DNA of 64,000 nucleotides from assembly GCA_023213395.1 (NCBI GenBank), contig CM041465.1:249681741-249745740 (forward strand), given 5' to 3'. The notes under the pieces were generated by a model. It did not search any database. It had not been told where the DNA came from and saw only the letters and a list, made by a program, of their open reading frames with translations. This stretch comes from Cycas panzhihuaensis (lineage: Eukaryota; Plantae; Cycadophyta). Each line of letters opens with the position of its first letter. Position 1 is the first letter of the stretch. The position numbers were made by a program, and so were the translations under genes. Positions 46,040-57,224 of the stretch are shown in pieces.

Positions 46040-48220
46040 TTAGCTTAAATAAAATAGAATAAAACATAATAAAAACCCTTAGCCTAAGAGCTCACTCGAC
46101 ACCCATAGAACTTAGCCATATTTGTAAAGCTTCTGGCTTCTACCTCTGTAGAAGCTTTTCTCCCCAAACTAGCTTTCTGGATCCAGCTGTTATGCTCCAA
46201 TAACTAGTCAGAGCTCAGTGTTGCAGACACATCTTGGACCATCCAAAGAGTAGGCCAAATATCTGCTACCCATTCAGCTCCATGAGGAATCCTCCAACTA
46301 GCTGAAATAGGTGGGCACCTCCCACCATTCAGACTGGATAAGTTATCCCATAAAGGATGCAAAAGCGCTTTGGGGCCTAGCCCCATCTTGTTCCTCCTAT
46401 TTGCCGCCACTTGTCACTGTCATCCAGAGCTCGTGAGCAGGAAGCACTGAATTCTAACCGCCGCAGCTATCAATGAGGCCCTAACTAGGTGGCCTAAACA
46501 TCGTTCTATCGCAGCGTCCTTTCGCCATCTCAACGTCCTTCCTTAACAATTTGATCTGTATATGTGGGGCTAGTCACCTTTTTAATACAATTTTTTATTT
46601 ATATTTTCTTCAAAATGGTTACTATCACATTTTTCGTTGTATCTTCTCTCTAAGTTATCAGTTTTTAGTGAAACTGGGTCTAGGTCCATCGTGTTTGGTT
46701 TTCAGAGAGCTTCACTATGGACTACTCATTTGTCAAATTTGAAACTGTTTTGACTGAGTTTTAATCGTTTGAAGTGACTCCTTCATTCAACCTTCATTTT
46801 GTTAACCGTAAAGAGGTCCTTTCACCTTTTCTACAATAACTCTTGCATGTAAGTTCTGTTTTCTGAACCGTTTATTTAGCTAGAAAGTTGGTTCAATCCT
46901 CTATGCACGGGTATAATTTTTTATCTACTTTGAAGCTGTTTTGTAAGTTTTGAAAGCTAGTGAAGTTGAGGTAACTCATTTGACTTAGGTCTTTATTTTT
47001 CAGCAATATTAAAGTATTTTTTTCTAAGTTTCTTTGGCTTAAGACACATTAAAGGATCTCTAATTTATATATGACCATTTTCACATCTTTCTACAAAGAT
47101 ATAATTTGATTTTTACAGCCTTTAAGCCCTGTGGCTCTAGTTTAAGCTCTGAAAAGGGTCCTCTCACTCATTCATTAATATCTTGAGCTCTAGGAGCCTA
47201 TTTTCTGAATGGTCAAATTTGTCAGAAAGGTTTTTTAATATTCTTCAAATTGGAATAGGTTTTATTTAAATCTGACATCATTTTGCAAGTGTTTAAAGCT
47301 AGTAATCTTTAGCTTCTTATTTAGCCTTGATAGGCATGATCTTATAGCTCTTCAAGTAGTTCATTATTTTGAAAAGAATTATATTTACATTATTGATCAC
47401 TAATAATCTATTCTTGAAGCTATTGTTGGCTCTTATATGTATTTTTCAGACTATTTTGTAACAAGAAGTTAATTCTTCAATACTTAAAGCTATCAACAAA
47501 CTAAGTGGTGCTACTTTAACAAACCAATACATTTGTTTACTTTCTATATTACTTATTGAATACTTATTACTTCTGATATTTTATCACATTAAGAAAAGGT
47601 CCTATTTCAAAATTTTAAGTTTTACATATAGCTACTTTATTTTTCAAAAGGATAAGTTAGCCATTTCCATTAGCTTGCATACATTGCCAAAGAAGTTATT
47701 TCATTCTACATTGACATAAGAAATGAGTTTTCATTTTGCTTTAGCTTCTTATTACTTTTGAAAGCTTCAAGATTGGTTGAAAAATATCATTGCATGTCTA
47801 TCTATTTATCATTAAAAGCAACTAGAGTTTAGACTTGCATTATTTAAAGCATTAAAGGAGCATATAGATCCTTGTTTTTTCTATATCATATCAAGCTAAA
47901 AAACTAAGTTGCATATCATCTAGTATTATTTTGCTTGTTTGGAAAGGAAAAAGATCATTAGTTCATTCACTTGATTTACTAAGATTTGAAGGAAAGGTTA
48001 TTGCATATATACTTTTTAAAGTTTGAAAGATATCTTTATTTCATATAAGTTTATCTCTATTATTCATTCTTTATTGTTCTCTTGCTTAGTGAATATATTT
48101 TCCTTTTAGTTGCTTTATTTCTAGTATAAAAGGAACCTTTTCAAACCTTAAATAAGACTACAAGTTTTAATTAATATATAATCATATTAAAAAAGATAAC
48201 TCTTGAATTAATCACCCTTA

Positions 48221-48640
48221 TTTCTGGCCTTATAAGGAGAACGTTTAGGAGCCCTAGAGTTACCACCATGCATACACTAACTGGCCTACTCATATTAGAT
48301 GAGGAAATCCATCTACTATAATGTGTATTAGGTGGCATGATGAAGTATAGAACCTATCCTCATTTGGTATTTAGAGATTAAGGCTAGACCTGGAGAGGGT
48401 GAGTGCCTTAGTTCGTGCAACCTTCATTGCTAGATTTGTCACTAGGCATAATTTTGGCATAGGTGGATCCACAATTCATGGGGGTATAAAAACCTTCGTA
48501 GAAGCCCACGTACTGAGGTATATCAAGCCTTGAACTCACATACTAATATATTGAGTCTCTGTTTTGCCACTTATAGGTAGGCATTACTAGACAGGATAAC
48601 AACCAAAGGTTTCCCTTAGAGAGCCCTAAATTTAGAGCCT
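48221..48640 (+). promoter_or_regulatory. Conserved structured leader module upstream of Copia B gag
   Basis: Shares blocks GTTACCAC..TGCATACA, GCTAGACCT..GGGTGAGTGCCTT, ATAGGTGGA, AGCCCACRTACTGAGGTATAT and CCACYTATAGG with Copia F 24790-25200 (minus). Confidence 0.65.
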
Positions 48641-48776
48641 AGAAGCCTTATTAGAGACTAGCACACTTTGGAAACATTGGGTAAAACTTGGGATATTAAC
48701 ACTTGGTTCAAATTTTAAATTCAAACACTTGTAAACCTCATTTTATTTATCACATTTTTTAAAACCTTTAGCAAAA

Positions 48777-51700
48777 ATAGCCTCAAGCTTTGGTAATATG
48801 ATTATTCTAAAATTTGATGGGAACAACTTCCTAAATTAGAGTATGAGGATGAGACCCATCCTCATAGCTAACGAGATGTGGGAGATTATGAAATTAGGGT
48901 ATAATGAGTTAGGTCTGAATGCAAATGATGTGAAAAAAGTTACTTACAAAGAAAATATCAAGAAGAACAACGAGGCTCTCCCACTTATATTTTGTGCACT
49001 AGAAGATCATGTTTTCTCTTGGGTTAATAAATCCACCAAATCAGAAGAAGCATGGGATACACTTCAGTTGATATATGAAGGAGCTACATTCTCCAAGCTC
49101 CAAAATCTTAGAAGAAAGTTTAAGAACTTGCATATGATGCCTGCAGAATTAGTAACATAATCCATGACAAAGGTGCAAGATATAGTCAACCAGATGAGGT
49201 CTCTTGGAGATACTTTAACAAAATAAAGGGTGGTTAAACGAATCTTAAAATGTGTTGGTGTCATTAGAAGATTCGAAATGGTTACCACAAGCATAAATGT
49301 GTCAAAGGACCAAAGTACATTAAAGGTAGAACAACTAAGTGTTATGCTTATATTAGTAGAAGAATAACAAAATGCCAATGAATCACTTGAGCATGCCTTT
49401 GCTACTAAGGTTCGAATTCAATCAAATTCTCAAGAAGGAACCTCAAGGTCTAAGGAATCACCTCCTAAGAGAATGGATAAGAATCCTAGAAGGGATGTTA
49501 GACAAAAACCTCCCAAGTATCAAGCTCCACATTAAAGGAGGCAAGGAGGACATCAACAAAATGAGAACCCTCCTAGGTATATAAACCAAAGGAAACAATT
49601 TAAAAGACATATATGTTGTCCAAATTATCAAGGCAATGCTCAATCATCAAGGTCCAATCAGGATTATTATGATAACAGACGAAGAGAAAATCCTCCTCCC
49701 TATTATGAGGAAAGGGGGAGACCTTCCAATATTGATAGATCTCATCCACGAAGCAGAAGTTTAAGCTATGGAAGGAGAGATCCTTTATATTATTCTTATT
49801 TCCATAGAAGTGGTAATTTAGAAGATAAGTATTTTTCAAAAGATGAACCACCCACTAAAGGAAGTGCCCATAATACAACAGAGTCAAGGGACAATAACAA
49901 ATTATTTTTATCTAGCTTTACTGCCAAGGAGGAAGAGGATGACAACTGGTATATTGACTTGGGTTGTTCAACCCATATGACCCATAAGGAGCACCTGTTT
50001 TGAACATTGGATAAAAGTAAGAAGGGATCCATCATGTTTGGACATGATACCTCCTACGAATTAGTTGGTATAGGTAATATAGCCCTAATGATAGATATAG
50101 GATAATATAGATATCTTGATGATGTCTTATATATCCCAGCATTAAAGAAAAATTTATTATCTGTAGGTGATGGGACAAGACTACAAAGTTATCTTTGAAA
50201 ATAGTGAGTGTGTAATCAAAGATAAAAGGAGAAACAAAGTTATAGTAGCAAAAGGAAAGATGACCAAGGATCAATTATTCAAACTCATTCTTACTCCTTC
50301 AGATATATGCCCTTGGAACTTTAGCTAAATTGGATAGTGAATTGTGGCATAAAAGATTTGGTCATCTTAATTACAATACTTTGGCCCTAATGAAGCGAAT
50401 GGATATGGTCAATGGATTACCACATATTGAAGTGAATAGAAAACTATGTGAAGGATGTCTTCTTAGTAAACACCATAGGGAAAGTTTTTTAGACTCTAAT
50501 CATCGAGCATCAGGTCCACTTCAATTGGTATATATAGATATTTGTGGTTCTATAAACATTCCCTCACTAGTAGGTGTTAGGTACTTCATCACATTTATAA
50601 ATGATTTCACAAGGAAGACATAGGTATTCTTTCTCAAATACAAATAAGATGCCTTTCAACACTTTATTGACTTGAAAACCTTAGTGGAGTGACAAAGTGG
50701 ATACAAGTTACTATCCCTAAGATCAGATAATGGGGGAGAATTTATCTCTAATGCATTTAAGGATTATTGTATTCACCATGGCATTAAAAGATAGTTTATT
50801 AATCCCTACACCCCATAACAAAATAGTGTAGCGAAGAGAAAAATTGTGCAATAGTTGAAATGAATAAGCATATGTTAAAGGACAAGAATTTAGAACATGA
50901 ATTTTAGGTTGAAGTAGTACATATAGCATTTATTTACTCAATAGATGCTCCACCAAAGCCCTTAGGTGGAAAACTCCTAAAGAAGCTTGGACTAGTTATA
51001 AACCAAGCATATATCATCTTAGAATCTTTAGATGCCTATCCTATGCTCATATTCTTGATCAATGAAGATCTAAGTTGGATGATCATGGCATTAAATGTAT
51101 ATTCATTGGTTATAGTGAAACATCTAAGTCATACAAAGTTTATGACCCTAGATTAAAAAGGGTCATGTTAAGTAGAGATGTTAAATTCTAAGAGGATGCC
51201 TATTATCAAGACATTCAAGAAAAGAAGAAGGAAGTTGCAATCAAGTTTGATACATCATCTAAATCCAAATATGTGCCTCCCATGTTTGACTCTAGAATAG
51301 TCATCAATGAACTTAGTGGGGAGGGAACTTCCTCTCAACCTCCACCACAAAATCTACCAAAATGGATTTATCGGAATCATGACTTAGGTAACATATTGAA
51401 CAATAATCATAGATCCACATGCTCACATAGGGTTAATTTTACCCTCATGAGCAAAGTATTAGAGATTCATGAGCCTCAAACCTTTGATGAGGCCAATCAG
51501 CATATATGTTAGTAAAAAATAATGGAAGATGAACACAAGGCTAGATTTGTTGCTAAGGGTTATGCCAAAAAAGAGGGCATTGACTATACTGAAACCTTTG
51601 TCTCTATTGCTCGCATGGAAATGGTTAGAATGATGATGAGCTTAGTAGCCCAAATGGTTTGGAAAGTCCACCAAATAGATGTTAAAAGTGTCTTCCTCAA

Positions 51701-52880
51701 CAACTATATCAAAGAGGATATTTATGTCATTCAAACCCCCAGTTTTAAAGTTAGGGGGGCAAAAAACAAAGTGTATAAACTAAAAAATACACTCTATGGT
51801 TTAAAATAAGTACCCAGGGCTTGGTATTCCTACATAGATAAATACTTCAGAGATCAATGGTTTGAAAGATCTCAAGTAGATCCTAATCTATATATTCAAA
51901 TCAAGGGAGATTCAATCCTAATAGTAAGACTTTATGTGGATGACCTTATATATACTGGAAACGACTCCCACCTATTGCAACAATTCAAAGATGTTATGTG
52001 TAAAGAATTTGAGATGATAAATTTAAGGCTAATGCATTACTTCCTAGGCTTGAAAGTATGACAAGACAATAAGGGTATTTTCATTTCTTCATGGAAATAT
52101 ACTTTGGATTTATTATAAAAGTTCAAGATGATAGACTGTAAACCATTGGAAACTCTAGTAGAAACTGGAATCAAGCTCTCCAAGTCAAATGACTCTACAT
52201 CAGTTGACCCAACACTTTATAGATAACTTATTGATAGCTTGATATATTTGACATCCACTCAGTTAGATATAACACACTCAATTAGTGTTGTGTCTAGGTT
52301 TATATAAGATCCAAAGACCACCCATTGGCAAGCATCTAAGAGAATTCTTCGATATCTCAAAGGAACTCCAGAATATGGGCTATACTACAAAGCTTCTCTA
52401 AAATTTTAGTTGACTAGCTATACAGACTTAAATTGGGCAAGAGATATTGATGATAAGAAATCAAAAATAAGTTATATGTTTAGTATGGAATAAATAGCCA
52501 TAGTATGGAGTACAAAGAAACAGAGCACAATTTCCTTATCTATAGCTGAGGCAAAGTACAAAGCAGTAGTTGCAGGTGCATGTGAATCAGTTTAGTTGAG
52601 AAAACTACTACAAGATTTCTAGCTAAAATAGAAAGGTCCCACCAGAATTTGGTGCAATAATCAGAGCACTATTAAAATGGCAAAGAATTCAGTTTTTCAT
52701 GGTAAAACGAAACATATTGAGACTCAACATCACTTCATTTGAGAACTAGTGCAAGCAAAAGAAATTGAACTAGCCTATTGTAGCACTGAAGACCAAACAA
52801 TGGATATATTCACAAAGGCATTGGGCAAAGTTAAATTCCAAAAATTTAGAGACAGCTTGGGAGTTGTTCACATTAGGTAT
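48777..52880 (+). pseudogene. pol: Copia B gag-pol pseudogene (gag, PR, IN, RT, RNase H)
   Basis: ORFs 48843 (gag), 50330 (LWHKRFGHLN..CEGCLLSKH..DICG), 51522 (HKARFVAKG..QIDVKSVFLN), 52749 ([11 protein letters not shown]); many premature stops. Confidence 0.93.
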
Positions 52881-54959
52881 TATGGGGGAGAATGTTGGGA
52901 TAACACCCAATATGCATTTGTAGATGTGCACATAGGGCCACTCAAAGCCATCTTTGGGGCTCCTTAGGGCATCTTGAGCTGCAAATCAGCCGTCAATAGC
53001 CACCATATATCGATACAATTATAATAAGCTATACAATGTTTATTAATTTTATTATTTTTTAATATTAACTTGAAACTGTATGTAGGTCAGGTTAATGCAC
53101 TTGCTGTCTCCCAAAAATTATCTCTATAAGGGATGGGAATACCTCCTTGGTGTTTTTTAACACCACCCACTATTCATTTGGAGATTTTTAATTTGAAGAG
53201 AAATCATGCACTCGCCATTGTGAAGTCCTGCTCTGCACCTCATCCTTCACTATTTACTCTATAGTTATCGTTTGATAATCCTTCCCTTTATTATTTTCCT
53301 AGTATACATCCTTCACACACTTTTTTGTTATATTCAATATTGGGTAGACTAATCATCATTTCTATTTTTTTCATTAATGCTAAGTTGTTACAATTCATAT
53401 AGATAAATATTTTATGCCATGTCTTACTATCCACATAAATTGATGACTTTAAGACATAGTGGTCATTTGGGGATATGACTAGCTTAAATAATTTATCACT
53501 TGTCATTTGTCCCTTAGTAACTATTACTGCATTCTTTAACTTTATGAAGAAACATACATACATGTTTTCTTAACTATAAGATCTTGATCATGTATAATAA
53601 ACATTCAAAGAATAGTACATAGGTATTTACATGGGAAAACCTTATGGGAGAAAACCCACGATCAAATATAGAAACATTTGATTATATACTTTTGGTCTTA
53701 TTATTTATTAAGATCACTCAACCTTGGTGGTGAGGTCTATTAGGCCCTTATGCACCTTGGTATATCATACATCATTTTTATTTGATATTGATAATCTATA
53801 TGGGGTTTATATTTATAATACTCTAAGAGGTTCATCCAACCAATGGTTATGAATCTTTATTGTATTCTCGTGACCTTTCATCATGTCCCATGACTCTTCA
53901 TCGTATCTTGTTAAATCCTTGATCCTCGTGTCTCTTTGTATCTCTTAGTTAATCCACATGAGTCATTAACCGGACATGAAGTTAGCCTCAATTGAGTTTG
54001 TTAACACCCCTCTTTAATGTGAATATAGGATTATAGCTTTTAATCAACTTCATTATTATAGGCGAAAGTAGGAATTATCCTTGTTATCATATTTGCATCT
54101 AACACATCCCCCCTCAAGGATAATTTTATTGATTCTAAACTAACACACTTTTTTACTCTTTTAAAACACTATTATTCAACTTCTTTATATGTCACACAAT
54201 TTCAAAGGTCTCTGTACTTTCAATTGGGATCAATTTCCTCTCTTTAATGGTTCCTTTTGTATTGAACTCGCTCCACACTAATTTTGCATCAACTCTTAGC
54301 TTTTTAAGTGGTTTTTTTTTTCCCTAATAAATATAGGCTTCATTCATGGATGATATATGGTAATATAGCCTCCCCTATGCTTGGAACAATAACATGGGGC
54401 TTCACATGCTTTCAATATAATCTTTTATGGATTTAACATATACCCATATAGCCTCCTATGCCACAATATTACTTCAATATAGCCTAAACTTTTACAGTAG
54501 TCTTCGTGACATATTTTTTCTTTTTTTACTTAATAAGTAAATATATGTTTAAATATGCATAGGTGGAACACCTCATTTCAAACACTTTAATATAGTCTCA
54601 TTATAGCCTTACAGTTTCATAGACCAAATAATTTAGATGCAGCTTTTGAATATCACATGCTTCAACTTGGCCTGTACATGTATTGGTATGTCTTCTAAAG
54701 GATTTAGGTGGTTATTAAACCCTTATAAATTACCTTTTATTTATCAAGAAAGTTTTATGCATTTTGAATGGGTAAATATATCTCCTCGCTTCAAAACATA
54801 TAGGTGTAGCCTACATGGTTGGCTTCTTAAAGGCTCTTGTAGTAAATATAGCCTCACACCTATTTTATACTTCTTTGCGTCACATCTATTTTTTAAAAAA
54901 CATCTCTATGAGACTAATTTTCCTGAGTTCATCAACATGCACTATGCTAGCATCGACCA

Positions 54960-55790
54960 AAGTCATCACTTGAGCATAATAGGCTTTGACTTCCTTATCA
55001 TCATCATCATCATCGTCTTATGATGCCTTCTATATGTCCTTTTTTGAACCAACATTTTTTCTCCATATGGCTGATTTTCTTATATTAGTTACACCTTCTA
55101 AAGAATTTCTTCTTTCTCTTCTCTTGATTTTCTTTAGAATTTTCACATTTTTCTTTATCTTTGCACCTCCTTTCCTTCTCATCTTCATGGGTGAGGCTTG
55201 ATTGGGTTCATAACTACCCAATAAACTATGGTGCTTCAACCTGGCATCCTTACTAGAATGAGACTCTTCAATTCCTTAAATGATTCACCCTCCATTACTT
55301 CATCCCTTTTGTAGATGGTCTGGAAGGTTCCAAATACTATTGGTAGTTTTGCCATAATTAATGCAAATAATAATGCATCATTTATTAAGCTAGACTTTAT
55401 ATCCTCTAATTTATTTCTCAAATATATTCTTTTATTCAAGTAGGTGCATATATTACTTTCATCTTCTACTATTGCATTAAGAAGCTCCATCATTAAAGCA
55501 ACACGATGATTTAACTTCTTCCCCTCAAACATGTCATATATTTTTATTTAGATGTTGTTAAGTATATTTAAGTTGTGAACAAGGGCTTTCTGATCTGGGG
55601 CTAATGATAGTTTAATCAATCTAATGGTCATAAACTATTTTTCCTCCAAATAAGTTCTCTCCTTCTCATTTAATGGAATGACCAGTAGCTTGTTTTTATT
55701 GATTTTCCATAATTGATTCACTCTTAGAGTGATTTCCATATTGCTTCTATTCCCATTAAATATTACAATTGGCTTCTCCATAGTCATAAT
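54960..55790 (-). pseudogene. gag: Copia-type gag of element C with CCHC knuckle
   Basis: MEKPIVIFNG..ITLRVNQLW..LIKLSL..; ORF 55236-55532 (UBN2-like; LIMAKLP..F); CN*YKKISHMEKKCW knuckle; acidic D-run. Confidence 0.75.
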
Positions 55791-56854
55791 TCTATTAGAT
55801 GAATGAGAAATAATCTCCTTCTAATATTTTTCTCTTCTCAAATCATATTGTTTCTACTATTTTCTTGTCAAAACATCAATTTCACACCTAGATACCTCTT
55901 AAATATGACCTACATACTTCAAATGTGTTTCTCAGGCTTTACACTAGTTTTAATTATTCTTCCACAACCTTTATGTATACTAATGTGGCTTGAAAGAGTT
56001 TCAATAGGCTTGTATTATTTTTGTTGTCGATGCTCATGTTGCTCCACAACTTTGGATGCTCTAGATCGATACTTCACGACCTTTGAATGACTTGAAATGT
56101 TGCTTCATAATGCACTTCATATAATTTCCACAACATACCATGCATTACATAATGTGGCTTACTTGGTGTTCACATGATGCACCCACATACTTTATACTTC
56201 TTAAATATGCTCTATGGATTTGGTTATTGACTTGAATATGGTTGCATGTGCTTTTATCACTATGGAGTGAGCAACAATGTTCATAATACATGAGCCACCA
56301 CCATTAATATCATCCAAAGTAACAACCATTCTTCCATGGTTCTCGATTGATATAATCTCATTTAATTTAAGGTTTTAAACCTTAAATATAAGTTATATTA
56401 TATTACATTGATTCACAGATCATCATAATTAGTCAATGGAGCATCATTGATACCCATTCTTCATGTCATCATCACACAGCATGTAACAACACCAATCTTT
56501 GCTTAGTGTAAAAAAAATTGATCTTTAGTGTAAGGGCAACCTCCTTGTACATAAGAATATAAGTATGCATGCCTTGCTTTGCTTTAGCTTGTAACATGGC
56601 ATTAAGATGAAAATTTACATTAACATTATATGGGAAATGCATATATAGCTCCAGACATACCCATCAACCAACTATAAATATCTCTAATTTTGCTTCTTCT
56701 ATAGTTGTGGCAATAACATCAAAGGCAACATTTGCATCAATGAATAACTAAGCCTCACTACCATCTATAGTTAGGCCTCTTGGTGGAGAAAACAATGCAA
56801 AATAGTGACTATGACACCACCCTTCTAGAGGCCTTAATCCTGCATTATTAATTG

Positions 56855-57028
56855 TTGCCACCTCTAAACAAATACCTCTATCTATCAAAAGAAAAAAAAT
56901 GTGTGGGCCACATACCTACATCATCGTCTGGGTATTATTAACCAATAAAGAATTAAAACAACTACATGTAGGTATGACAATTTGTGTAGAGGTGGCAAAA
57001 AACGTGTGGGCCACATGCCTCTACACAA
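56855..57028. repeat. Nested inverted/direct repeat cluster
   Basis: TTGCCACCTCTAAACAAAT (56855) pairs with ATTTGTGTAGAGGTGGCAA (56980); CATACCTACAT (56911) pairs with ATGTAGGTATG (56966); direct repeat GTGTGGGCCACAT x2. Confidence 0.8.
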
Positions 57029-57101
57029 CATCATTTTAGGCATCTTTTAAATTCTTTATTGGTTAATAATGGCATACCATTCCTTTACAACCTTCACAGT
57101 C

Positions 57102-57130
57102 AAATAAATAAATAAATAAATAAATATATG

Positions 57131-57221
<91 letters not shown>
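57102..57221. repeat. (AAAT)n + (TA)n microsatellite
   Basis: Directly visible. Confidence 0.98.

Positions 57222-57224
<3 letters not shown>

Larger units (their letters stand above)
40290..46563 (-). mobile_element. Full-length L1 LINE H with C-terminal RNase H, inserted in the leader of Copia B
   Basis: Poly(A) tail (T-run 40290-40305); TSD GTGGGCTAGTTAC (40277-40289) / GTGGGGCTAGTCAC (46564-46577); CpG-rich 5' UTR. Confidence 0.95.

Noticed and set aside
48221-48640. Hammerhead or twister ribozyme in the leader module
   Set aside because: Core motifs (CUGAUGA...GAAA; twister consensus) not found by eye
54325-54860. CRISPR-like repeat-spacer array
   Set aside because: Repeat only ~9 bp, irregular spacing, eukaryotic TE context, no cas genes
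56756-56806. CACTA termini (CACTAC ... TAGTG)
   Set aside because: Only 5-bp match, no extended TIR or 3-bp TSD
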